Below are positions 9,825 to 18,554 of a DNA stretch of 64,000 bases, piece after piece. Within the stretch, counting starts at the first letter, position 1. Each line of letters starts with the position of its first letter. The notes under the pieces are model-generated. The model searched no databases and was not told the DNA's origin. It was given only the letters and a program-made list of their open reading frames with translations. Position numbers and translations under genes: made by a program. The stretch is from a bacterium (GTDB lineage: Bacteria; Patescibacteriota; CPR2; UBA1875; CAIMLA01), in assembly GCA_037129835.1 (NCBI GenBank), contig JBAXUE010000003.1, positions 18,793-82,792 of the forward strand, given 5' to 3'.

Positions 9825-10633
9825 TCACTAAGAAATAAATCACTTGCTTTTGATTTTGTTAAATCCAGGGCCGAATACATCGGACGAGGAGCAATAGTGT
9901 GGTCCTTTTTGTCTGACAAGTATTCTTCGGTGGTGATTCCCACTACTTTTGTCTTTTTGCCTGCTATAGTAAAAATTTCTGTAGCAAAGTCCGCCCAAGA
10001 AATAATCTGCCCGTCCCCGGTGACGTTATAAATACCTGGTGTTGAGTGCTTCTGGACAACATTATAGATGGCCCTCGCCAGATCTGGCGCATAGGTGGGT
10101 CTGCCGTATTGATCATTCACTACTTTGATTTCATTCATCTTCTCAGATAGGGCTAGCATGGTTCGAACAAAGTTATTGCCCTCTCCATAAACCCAAGATG
10201 TGCGCAGCACATAGCCATTTTGTAGGGCCAGAACGGCCGTTTCTCCGTCTAGTTTGGATTTACCATAAGCACTAAGGGGGTTTGTTTTAGTATCTTCTGG
10301 TATTGGCTCAGTGGCAGTGCCATCAAAAACATAATCAGTACTAATATATATCATCGATATCCCTGCCTTTTTACAAGCATTAACTAAGTTGCGCGTACCG
10401 CCGGCGTTTACCTTATTTGCAAGATCAGGATTTTCTTCACAGCCATCTACGTTCGTGATGGCCGCTCCATGCACTAGAAAATCTGGCTCAAAATCAGTAA
10501 AAACACGCTCTATCTGAGTGGGATCTGTGATTTCCATGTTATCTGTGTCGGTAAGGAGTATTTCTTCGTTTTTTAAAACTTCTGCAAGGGCTTTGCCCAG
10601 CTGTCCGTTGCCCCCCGTGATTAATATTTTCAT
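9788..10633 (-). CDS. rmlD: dTDP-4-dehydrorhamnose reductase
   Basis: MKILITGGNGQLGKAL...YISTDYVFDG...RTSWVYG, typical RmlD; 281 aa. Confidence 0.8.
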   Translation of the reverse strand: MKILITGGNGQLGKALAEVLKNEEILLTDTDNMEITDPTQIERVFTDFEPDFLVHGAAITNVDGCEENPDLANKVNAGGTRNLVNACKKAGISMIYISTDYVFDGTATEPIPEDTKTNPLSAYGKSKLDGETAVLALQNGYVLRTSWVYGEGNNFVRTMLALSEKMNEIKVVNDQYGRPTYAPDLARAIYNVVQKHSTPGIYNVTGDGQIISWADFATEIFTIAGKKTKVVGITTEEYLSDKKDHTIAPRPMYSALDLTKSKASDLFLSDWKAPLAKYLQN

Positions 10634-10679
10634 ATTGTTATTCCTTGATATTATTTACTCGCTAAACTACAATCTATGT

Positions 10680-11045
10680 ATGTTATACCTACTTACTATA
10701 TTTACTGCTGCGCTTTTGGCGACAGGACAAATGTTTTGGAAAAAAGCCGCTGTTACCTATCCCACACTGATTGCTGACCATCTTTCCCCAACAAGTGCTG
10801 CGTTACGTGTAATTTTCTCTACTAAATTCTTTATTGGCGCTTTTCTATATGTTGTCGCCACCCTGATATATCTGTGGTTATTTTCAAAATATCCCTATTA
10901 TATTGTACAAACAACCCTAATGGTGACCTCCCTCGTATTAACCGCCGCTATCTCTGTTTTTATTTTTAAGGAAGAGCTTTCACTAATTAATCTGCTAGGA
11001 ATCAGTATTATACTTTTTGGTGTTTTCTTGGTTTCTGCCAAATAA
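10680..11045 (+). CDS. Small 4-TM membrane protein, EamA/SMR-like (possible lipid-linked sugar flippase subunit)
   Basis: The track ORF starts at 10518 but its first 54 codons overlap rmlD antisense; the in-frame ATG at ~10680 (MLYLLTIFTAALLATGQMFWKK...) gives a 121-aa, 4-helix protein. Confidence 0.4.
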   Translation: MLYLLTIFTAALLATGQMFWKKAAVTYPTLIADHLSPTSAALRVIFSTKFFIGAFLYVVATLIYLWLFSKYPYYIVQTTLMVTSLVLTAAISVFIFKEELSLINLLGISIILFGVFLVSAK

Positions 11046-11049
11046 GGGC

Positions 11050-11526
11050 TTATTTATTCTCGATACTCCAGTCAAAACCTACTTCTGGACTATCCCAGTC
11101 AAGACGCTCCTCGTCTGGGTTTTTGGGGTCATATGACTCCGTCGTAACATAGGTTATTACAACCGGATCATTACCAAGGACCTGATATCCATGAGCAACT
11201 CCGATAGGTATCAGAAGTGATGCTGGATTATCTTCACCCATAAAGAATTGTTCTGTGGTTTTATAAGTTGGTGAGTCTTTGCGCAGATCGTGTAAAACAA
11301 CTCTGGCATTGCCGACAGGGAAGAACCATAAGTCGTCTTGTTTTTTATGATAGTGAAAAGCTTTAATAACTCCTGGGTTGGTCTTAGATATAGAGAATTG
11401 ACCAAATTTTGTCAGCATATTCTCGTCATCTCGAGCTACTTCTGAAAAAAAGCCTCTGTCGTCACTGTGACGCACTAGTTTTTTAAACTTAACTCCCTGT
11501 ATTTTTCCTTCTTTGATATCTGCCAT
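11050..11526 (-). CDS. rmlC: dTDP-4-dehydrorhamnose 3,5-epimerase
   Basis: MADIKEGKIQGVKFKKLVRHSDDRGFFSEV...HYHKKQDDLWFF...HGYQVLG cupin motifs; start moved to internal Met (M47 of the track ORF) directly abutting the rmlB stop. Confidence 0.75.
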   Translation of the reverse strand: MADIKEGKIQGVKFKKLVRHSDDRGFFSEVARDDENMLTKFGQFSISKTNPGVIKAFHYHKKQDDLWFFPVGNARVVLHDLRKDSPTYKTTEQFFMGEDNPASLLIPIGVAHGYQVLGNDPVVITYVTTESYDPKNPDEERLDWDSPEVGFDWSIENK

Positions 11527-11527
11527 T

Positions 11528-12538
11528 TTATTCTCCGTATTGTTTATTATAATAATCTTGATATTTACCGCTTTTGACAGCCTGCCACCACTCTGGATTG
11601 TTCTGGTACCACTCAATCGTTTCTTTAAGTCTCTGCTCAAAGGGATGTTTTGGTTCCCAGCCAAGCTCGTTATGAATCTTGGTCCAATCTACCGCGTATC
11701 TAACATCGTGTGCGGGGCGATCTTTAACGTACTCGATATCGTCTTCTGTTTTACCCATTATCTTTAACATCATTTTGACTAATTCTAGGTTGGTTATGTC
11801 TTTGGTCAGACCTCCAATACAGTATGTTTCACCTATTTTGCCTTGTTTTAAAACCAAGTCAATGGCCTCACAGTGATCTTCCACATAGAGCCAATCACGA
11901 ACCTGGTTACCTACTCCATATATGGGCACCTTCTTACCCTCTATAAGATTTGTTACCGCAAGAGGAATAAGCTTCTCAGGGAAGTGATATGGTCCATAGT
12001 TGTTTGAGCAATTTGTAATCGTGAATGGTAACCCAAAAGTATCACCATAGGCTCTAACGAGATGATCAGATCCTGCCTTGGAAGCACTGTAAGGGCTATG
12101 AGGGTCATAAGGAGTGTTCTCGTTAAACTTGCCGCCACTTAGTGGTAATGTGCCAAACACTTCGTCTGTGGAGACATGGTGAAATCTGGTAACACCTGCT
12201 TTAATAGAAGCATCTAAAAGTATTTGGGTACCAAGAATGTTTGTTTTAACAAATGTGGCGGGCTCAAGAATTGAGCGATCCACATGAGACTCTGCGGCAA
12301 AGTGGACAACTGTATCACAGCCACTGATGGCTTTTGCCACATCTTCTGGGCTGGTGATATCTCCTTTGATAAAGATATATCTAGGGTCTTTCTCTACTGC
12401 TTTCAAGTTTGAAAGATTCCCAGCATATGTTAGGCAGTCAAGATTCACAACCTCAATATCTTTGTATTTTCCAAGCATATGATGGATAAAGTTTGAACCA
12501 ATAAACCCAGCACCACCAGTAACTAAATACTTTTTCAC
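11528..12538 (-). CDS. rmlB: dTDP-glucose 4,6-dehydratase
   Basis: MKKYLVTGGAGFIGSNF...YSASKAGSDHLV (YxxxK SDR motif); 336 aa. Confidence 0.85.
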   Translation of the reverse strand: MKKYLVTGGAGFIGSNFIHHMLGKYKDIEVVNLDCLTYAGNLSNLKAVEKDPRYIFIKGDITSPEDVAKAISGCDTVVHFAAESHVDRSILEPATFVKTNILGTQILLDASIKAGVTRFHHVSTDEVFGTLPLSGGKFNENTPYDPHSPYSASKAGSDHLVRAYGDTFGLPFTITNCSNNYGPYHFPEKLIPLAVTNLIEGKKVPIYGVGNQVRDWLYVEDHCEAIDLVLKQGKIGETYCIGGLTKDITNLELVKMMLKIMGKTEDDIEYVKDRPAHDVRYAVDWTKIHNELGWEPKHPFEQRLKETIEWYQNNPEWWQAVKSGKYQDYYNKQYGE

Positions 12539-13269
12539 TATCTACCTTCCTCTTTTTTTGACATTGCCTTTTCCTGCATTAGGTTCGCCGCACGAAGCAA
12601 GCTATCAAAAGTGCCGGCGTCTTCCCAAAGACCTTCTATTATATTTACTTTGAGATCACCGTTCTGTAGATAAACGTTTTGTAGGTCCACAATCTCAAGC
12701 TCTCCTCGAGGTGAAGGTTTTAATTCTTTAGCGAACTTCACTACTCTTGAGTCAAAGGTATAGATACCAACAGAGGCATAGTCTGATTTTGGCTTTTGGG
12801 GCTTCTCCTCTATCGAGACAACGTGACCGTCTTTAGCAAACTCCACCACGCCAAACCTTTCTGGGTCGGCTACTTTCTTTGCGTATGTGACCGCCCCGCC
12901 CTTGAAGCTTTTGATGTGCTCTGAAAAATCGTAATCAAAAATATTATCTCCAAGAATGAGCGTGACGTCATCATTGTCTATAAAGTCATCTCCGTATATG
13001 AAGGCTTCTGGTAAACCCCCGGGTGTTGGCTGGACCACATAGCTAATCCTGGCGCCAACTTCTTTGCCGGTTCCTAGCAGATTAAGATAGTGTCCGGCAA
13101 ATTCTGGAGATACAATAATCAGTATCTCAGTAATTCCTGCTCTGGTCAGTGTTTCGATGGGATAATAGATCATTGGTTTGTTATATACGGGCAATAGCTG
13201 CTTTGAAGTTACCCATGTTAGTGGTCTGAGCCTGGTGGCTTTCCCGCCAGCAAGTATGATTCCCTTCAT
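12538..13269 (-). CDS. rmlA: Glucose-1-phosphate thymidylyltransferase (short form)
   Basis: MKGIILAGGKATRLRPLTWVTSKQLLPVYNKPMIYYPIETL nucleotidyltransferase signature; 243 aa. Confidence 0.8.
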   Translation of the reverse strand: MKGIILAGGKATRLRPLTWVTSKQLLPVYNKPMIYYPIETLTRAGITEILIIVSPEFAGHYLNLLGTGKEVGARISYVVQPTPGGLPEAFIYGDDFIDNDDVTLILGDNIFDYDFSEHIKSFKGGAVTYAKKVADPERFGVVEFAKDGHVVSIEEKPQKPKSDYASVGIYTFDSRVVKFAKELKPSPRGELEIVDLQNVYLQNGDLKVNIIEGLWEDAGTFDSLLRAANLMQEKAMSKKEEGR

Positions 13270-13329
13270 ATTTCTCCTTTTATTAGCTTGTGTATTTTAG
13301 CACAAATAGGTTATATATCAAACCCGGGC

Positions 13330-15285
13330 TCATGGCAGATAATAAGCTACGCCTTCTAGTCTGAATGTGCCAGGCCATCTGGCCATAATGTTGTTCTTCT
13401 CGGATTCTGAAGCAGTGTAGAAGTGAGTGCCATTCGCGTTCCAGAAGCGATATACGGGTGTCCCGCTCGAATCCATAGTTACATTATAAGCAACTCCCTC
13501 TAATTTATATTTCGTAGGCCACTTCCTAACAGCGTCTAAAGCCTCGGTATATGACGCGGTGTAAAAATGGGTGCCGTTGCTATTCCATAGTCGATAAAGT
13601 GGTGTCAGCGCTCTCTGGGAATTAAGATTGGTGGTATAGGCCACACCCTCATATTTATATATATTTGGCCATCTAGCCATAACGTTGCTCTTTTCAGACT
13701 CTGACGCAGTGTAAAAATGGGTTCCGTTTGTGTTCCAGAAGCGATAGACATTTTGCAGTACCACTGGAGGTGGTGTATAAGAATCAACCGCTGGAGGCGG
13801 AACATAGGGGGCCACAACTGTATTTACACTTACTGTGACGGTCGCACTATTTATACCGCCATTTGTTGCCCTTACAATATATGTTCCGGGGCTCGTATTA
13901 GTAAATAATCCAGTCGAATTTGTTCCCGTCCATGTATATGTTAGTGGAATATCATGGTTTGAAACATCTTGCCCTTGAGCTGTAAATTGGATAGTTTCAC
14001 CAGAAGTAATTGTTTGGGTGGTGGAAGGGTAGATATTGATATGATCCAGCCCTGTATAATTTACAGACTTTAGAGCGTTTATTCTGCCGTAACCGTAGAA
14101 GTCTGTCCTACTTTGCGAAGCCATACCCGCAACTTTGTCGGCGCCCTGCTCTATCATGGACTGCACTTCATCGGGCGTATAATTGTTTCTCGCCAGAAGT
14201 AGTGCCGCCAGGCCAGCGACATAGGGGCTTGCGAGCGAGGTACCACTTGCGGACGCGTAGGCGTTGTTTGTATATGCACTTCCAGACCAGGCAGTGCTGG
14301 CGGCATAAATACTCGTACCCGGTGCTGAAACATCTACCTCGGGACCAAAACTAGAATATGAGGCAATAAAATCATCTGAGCCCGTTGCCCCTACCGCTAT
14401 TACACTGTCATATGCTGCCGGATAATTAGTTCTGCGCAGAGTGAGGTCTGCATTGCTGCCCGAATTACCAGCTGCGGCAACTATGGTTACTCCGCTGTTA
14501 TGAGAATCATTTATGGCCGCCTCAAGTGCTGGATCACTCCCCTCTATATAGTTATAACCAAGGCTCATATTTACAACCTTCGCTCCATTTAGTGTGGCAT
14601 ATCTCAGACCGGCTGTTATGCTAGCCGTGGTTCCGTTTCCATCGTTGTCCATAACTCTTATCGGCATAATTTTGGCATACCAATTAATGCCAGCCATTCC
14701 GACGGCATTATTTGCTGTAGCCCCGATAACGCTGGCCACCGCCGTTCCGTGAGAAACACTCTCGCCTCCTCCTGTTGGAAGCGATGGATCGCTATCGTTA
14801 TTTACAAAATCCCACCCTCCCACAATGCGACCAGTGAGGTCTTGATGGTTTTGATTGATGCCAGTATCTAGCACTGCTACCGTTACCGCACTATTACCCG
14901 TGGTGATATCCCAAGCCCCCGGTGCACTTATTTTTGGCAATGCCCATTGGCTTGAATAAGCTGGGTCATTTGGAATGGCGGTAGTTTTGTATTTCTTGTT
15001 AATAGAATAACTGGTTATTTTACCTGTTTTCTTTTTTTGTTTTGCGGTTAATTCTTGGTCGGCCCCCAATACCAACACACCATACTTGGAATAATCTTTT
15101 TTAATATTAATAAAGCCCTCTTTTGCGCTGGCCACTCCTACCGTTTTGGGATTGAAATATACCACAATATCTTCGCCTGCTGCATCTATTTTCTGTGTTA
15201 TCGTAAGGGGTATCAGAAATATCGTTAGACACAATATCGCAACGTTGCTCCAAAATATTATTCGTCTAATGTGAAATAGCCTCAA
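13330..15285 (-). CDS. Secreted subtilisin-like serine protease (S8) with Pro-rich linker and three C-terminal YRFWN-NGTHFYTAS repeats
   Basis: Catalytic triad motifs VAVLDTGI (Asp), HGTAVASVIG (His), GTSLASPYVAGLAALL (Ser); N-terminal signal/anchor; C-terminus carries the same repeat module as 1995..3236. Confidence 0.8.
   Translation of the reverse strand: MRLFHIRRIIFWSNVAILCLTIFLIPLTITQKIDAAGEDIVVYFNPKTVGVASAKEGFINIKKDYSKYGVLVLGADQELTAKQKKKTGKITSYSINKKYKTTAIPNDPAYSSQWALPKISAPGAWDITTGNSAVTVAVLDTGINQNHQDLTGRIVGGWDFVNNDSDPSLPTGGGESVSHGTAVASVIGATANNAVGMAGINWYAKIMPIRVMDNDGNGTTASITAGLRYATLNGAKVVNMSLGYNYIEGSDPALEAAINDSHNSGVTIVAAAGNSGSNADLTLRRTNYPAAYDSVIAVGATGSDDFIASYSSFGPEVDVSAPGTSIYAASTAWSGSAYTNNAYASASGTSLASPYVAGLAALLLARNNYTPDEVQSMIEQGADKVAGMASQSRTDFYGYGRINALKSVNYTGLDHINIYPSTTQTITSGETIQFTAQGQDVSNHDIPLTYTWTGTNSTGLFTNTSPGTYIVRATNGGINSATVTVSVNTVVAPYVPPPAVDSYTPPPVVLQNVYRFWNTNGTHFYTASESEKSNVMARWPNIYKYEGVAYTTNLNSQRALTPLYRLWNSNGTHFYTASYTEALDAVRKWPTKYKLEGVAYNVTMDSSGTPVYRFWNANGTHFYTASESEKNNIMARWPGTFRLEGVAYYLP
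13333..13765 (-). repeat. Three tandem coding repeats homologous to 1998..2425
   Basis: Protein repeats VYRFWNTNGTHFYTASESEKSNVMARWP.../PLYRLWNSNGTHFYTASYTE.../PVYRFWNANGTHFYTASESEKNNIMARWP...; nucleotide similarity to the first gene. Confidence 0.6.
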
Positions 15286-15303
15286 GGCGCCCTCCGTTAT
15301 GTG

Positions 15304-16164
15304 TTAACGTACTTCGTTTAGAAATTTCTTGAATTCTTTATTTAATTTGTCATGCTTTAGGGCCATGCAAACTGTTGCTTCTAGGAAGCCAAGTTTGTCT
15401 CCCGTATCAAAGTATTTTCCTTTATAAACCATTCCTTTTGCCCCCTCTGCTTCAATCTGTTTCTCGAGAGCATCTGTAAGCTGTATTTCATTGCCAGCCC
15501 CGGCAGTGGTTTTTTCTAAATACTTAAAAATACTTGGTGTAAGTATATAGCGCCCGTAAATTGATAAATTAGATGGAGCATCCTCTTTTTTTGGCTTTTC
15601 AACAACGCCGTTAATATCAAAGATATCCCCATCCCCTTCTTTGGCTACAACACCATAGGAACTGACTTTCTCCCAAGGAACTTCTTGCACACCAATAACA
15701 CTTTTCTCTGTTTTTACACATTCGGCGACCATTTTCTTTGTAAATTCTCCGCCATCTTCCATGAGCACGTCTGGCAAGATAACTATAAAGGGCTCGTCTC
15801 CCACTAGCTCTTTGGCCCTGAGTACTGCGTGCCCAAGGCCGAGAGGTTCTTTTTGTCGCACATATACTATTTCGGCCATTTCTGAGATAGCCTTCACTTC
15901 TTTTAGTAGCTCGTCTTTGCCTTTTAATTCGAGCATGTGTTCGAGCTCATACGAGTGATCAAAATAATCTTCGATGGCTCTCTTGCCACGGCCAGTGATA
16001 AATATTATTTCCTCTGCGCCGGCCCTTACCGCCTCTTCGACGGCATAGTGGATTGCTGGCTTGTCAATGATGGGCAGCATCTCCTTGGGCATAGATTTTG
16101 TTGCTGGCAAAAATCTGGTTCCAAAGCCAGCGGCAGGGATAACGGCTTTTCGAATTTTTTTCAT
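15304..16164 (-). CDS. galU: UTP--glucose-1-phosphate uridylyltransferase
   Basis: MKKIRKAVIPAAGFGTRFLPATKSMPKEMLPIIDKPAIHY signature; 286 aa. Confidence 0.8.
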   Translation of the reverse strand: MKKIRKAVIPAAGFGTRFLPATKSMPKEMLPIIDKPAIHYAVEEAVRAGAEEIIFITGRGKRAIEDYFDHSYELEHMLELKGKDELLKEVKAISEMAEIVYVRQKEPLGLGHAVLRAKELVGDEPFIVILPDVLMEDGGEFTKKMVAECVKTEKSVIGVQEVPWEKVSSYGVVAKEGDGDIFDINGVVEKPKKEDAPSNLSIYGRYILTPSIFKYLEKTTAGAGNEIQLTDALEKQIEAEGAKGMVYKGKYFDTGDKLGFLEATVCMALKHDKLNKEFKKFLNEVR

Positions 16165-16236
16165 TTCTTCCCTATAAATTATTTAATTGAACAGGTTGTA
16201 TTATACTAGACTTACAAGGGATAGACCAGTCACCTG

Positions 16237-16953
16237 CTATACATCGAGGCTTTTTTTAATGGCAGAGAAGTCTTTGACTGCTTTCAAACCAATTTTAAAT
16301 ATTCTTGTCAAATTTATAGAATTAACACCACCCTGACGAGGACGAAAAGTAATGGGGCGAAAATCTATATTCTCTTTATTTTTCACCAACAGAACTGTTA
16401 GCATCACGTTCGATAGATTAAAATCTTTGGGAATTTTCTCAATATATTTTTTGAGAACACGTGTCTTTACTAAGCGAAAGGGCGTATTCGCATCAACAAC
16501 ATTTAAGCCAAAAATCAGAAATAGTACTAACTTCAAGGTTTTTGTAACAAATGATCGAGATAGTCCATCTTGTCTTCTGTTTCTGTGGCCAATAATTGCA
16601 GAATATTTAGTTCTATCTTCCCAAAAAGAAGCGAATTCTGAAGGAAGCGTCTGCCCGTCGCCATCAGTTTGAAACACGTAGTCTGCGTTGTTTTTTATAG
16701 CATAATGGTACCCATATAGTATGGTGGCACCATGACCGCTATTACTTTTTGTGATCGTAACCAGACAAGGAAGTTGTTTTTGTAGGGCCAATAATTTTTT
16801 ATAAGTATGGTCATTACTACCGTCGTCTATTATAGCTACCTTTGAATTATTGCCTATTTTTGCAACAACTTCGTGCCATTCTTTGGCCACACTTTCAATA
16901 TTCATCTCTTCGTTGTAGGCGGGAATGACTATATAAAGCCTGTCTTTTAACAT
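16237..16953 (-). CDS. GT2 polyprenyl-phosphate sugar synthase (GtrB/DPM1-like)
   Basis: LYIVIPAYNEEMNI, IDDGSNDHT, QTDGDGQ motifs; 238 aa; followed by a GtrA-like gene. Confidence 0.7.
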   Translation of the reverse strand: MLKDRLYIVIPAYNEEMNIESVAKEWHEVVAKIGNNSKVAIIDDGSNDHTYKKLLALQKQLPCLVTITKSNSGHGATILYGYHYAIKNNADYVFQTDGDGQTLPSEFASFWEDRTKYSAIIGHRNRRQDGLSRSFVTKTLKLVLFLIFGLNVVDANTPFRLVKTRVLKKYIEKIPKDFNLSNVMLTVLLVKNKENIDFRPITFRPRQGGVNSINLTRIFKIGLKAVKDFSAIKKSLDV

Positions 16954-17369
16954 TATTTCCCTTCTTGAAAAGTAAATAGTTTATTTAGCACAAACTGGAA
17001 CGCGGCTACAACAAAGATTGATCCTACCTTCACGTATATATCGTTGATTATAAGGACCCGAGTACCAAGGTAGAGAATTATCATAGAAAGCAAGAGACCG
17101 ACATAGCCGACCAAGAAAAATTTTGCCGCACGGGCCTTTAATTTGTCGGTTTTTTTAAAATTATAAAAAGCATTAAGGTAAAAACTTACGGAAATACCAA
17201 TGTTAATACCAATAAAATTAGCAAGATATTCATTTAAATGTGTTGACCGTGTTAATAAATAGTATGTGATTGTATCTAAACTAGCGGCAGTTAACCCCAT
17301 CACACCATATAATATAGATTGTCTTATTATGGGATACTCTTTATAAATTGTCTTCATCTTTTTTATCAT
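16953..17369 (-). CDS. GtrA-family small membrane protein (lipid-linked sugar translocation)
   Basis: 138 aa, 4 TM; YGVMGLTAASLDTITYYLL and C-terminal FQFVLNKLFTFQ are GtrA-like; operonic with GT2 and glf. Confidence 0.55.
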   Translation of the reverse strand: MIKKMKTIYKEYPIIRQSILYGVMGLTAASLDTITYYLLTRSTHLNEYLANFIGINIGISVSFYLNAFYNFKKTDKLKARAAKFFLVGYVGLLLSMIILYLGTRVLIINDIYVKVGSIFVVAAFQFVLNKLFTFQEGK

Positions 17370-18519
17370 TTATAATCATTTCTGCCACATCAAGAGCTTT
17401 TTCTATTGCTGCATCCATATTGTAATAGCCGTAGTTTGCCAATCTTCCGCAAAGGAACATATTCCCTAATTTTTTGGCTAAATTCTTATATTTATTATAA
17501 AGAATTATATTTTTTTCTTCAATAATTGGGTAATATGGTATGTTCCCGATATTTTCATTTGGCGAATATTCACGTGGATACTCTTTTAGAATCGTTGACT
17601 TATTTTTAATAATTTGCTTAGTGAGATATTTAAATTCAGTTATCCGGGTATATTTCTCACTTATCGTATAATTGACTACTGCAGCTGGTTGAAAAGTCGT
17701 GATCTTTTTTTGCTCAAATCTTAAGTCCAGAGATATATAAGGTAATCGCCCAAACCTGTAATCAAAAAATTCATCGATTGCCCCTGTGTAGACAATCGGT
17801 TTATCCCATTGATCCCCCTCAAAATATATTTTATTGTCCTTGTGAGATATTAACTCCTTGCTATCTATAGAAGTCCTAACTAATATATTTTTGTGATCAA
17901 GTAAGTTTTTAAAAAGCTCGGTGAACCCGTTCTGCGGCATCATTTGGATTTTGTCTTGAAAATATCTATCGTCGTAACCTAATAGGATTGGGACTCGATT
18001 TATAACGCTCTGATTAACTTTTTCAAAGGGTACTCCCCATTGTTTGGCGGTGTATCTAGCAAAAACATTATTATATACGAACCGTCCGAATTCCTTTATG
18101 TTTGGCTCCTTACTATTAATCAAATCCAGCACCGACACTCTTTCATTACTCCCAAAATGCTCATTTAGTAGTTTTTTAATAGTGTCAGCTTCTTTTTTTT
18201 CAAAAAGACTTTCTATTGACTTGTAATTAAAGGGTATCGGAACTAAGATACCGCCTATATTCCCCAAGACTCTATGTTCGTATTTATACCATGCAGAAAA
18301 TGGCTTTATAAAAGCAAAGACCTCTTCGTTGTTTGTGTGAAAAATGTGTGGTCCGTAGTTGTGGATCAAAATGCCCTGCGAATCATAGGAATCATACATG
18401 TTGCCGGCTATATGACTTCTTTTTTCTATAATGACTACCCTCTTGCCGTTATCGGCCAATTTCCTAGCACATACGGCCCCAGAAAAACCACAACCCACAA
18501 CTATTACGTCTTTTTCCAT
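17341..18519 (-). CDS. glf: UDP-galactopyranose mutase
   Basis: VIVVGCGFSGAVCARKLADNGKRVVIIEKRSHIAGNMYD FAD-binding N-terminus; 392 aa. Confidence 0.85.
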   Translation of the reverse strand: MEKDVIVVGCGFSGAVCARKLADNGKRVVIIEKRSHIAGNMYDSYDSQGILIHNYGPHIFHTNNEEVFAFIKPFSAWYKYEHRVLGNIGGILVPIPFNYKSIESLFEKKEADTIKKLLNEHFGSNERVSVLDLINSKEPNIKEFGRFVYNNVFARYTAKQWGVPFEKVNQSVINRVPILLGYDDRYFQDKIQMMPQNGFTELFKNLLDHKNILVRTSIDSKELISHKDNKIYFEGDQWDKPIVYTGAIDEFFDYRFGRLPYISLDLRFEQKKITTFQPAAVVNYTISEKYTRITEFKYLTKQIIKNKSTILKEYPREYSPNENIGNIPYYPIIEEKNIILYNKYKNLAKKLGNMFLCGRLANYGYYNMDAAIEKALDVAEMIINDKKDEDNL

Positions 18520-18554
18520 TTAACATTCCTTGCCTAAATATAAAGTATGCCGAA

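Noticed and set aside
10518-10679. N-terminal 54 codons of track ORF 10518..11045
   Set aside because: They overlap rmlD on the opposite strand; an internal ATG at ~10680 begins the hydrophobic protein, so the extension is not coding.
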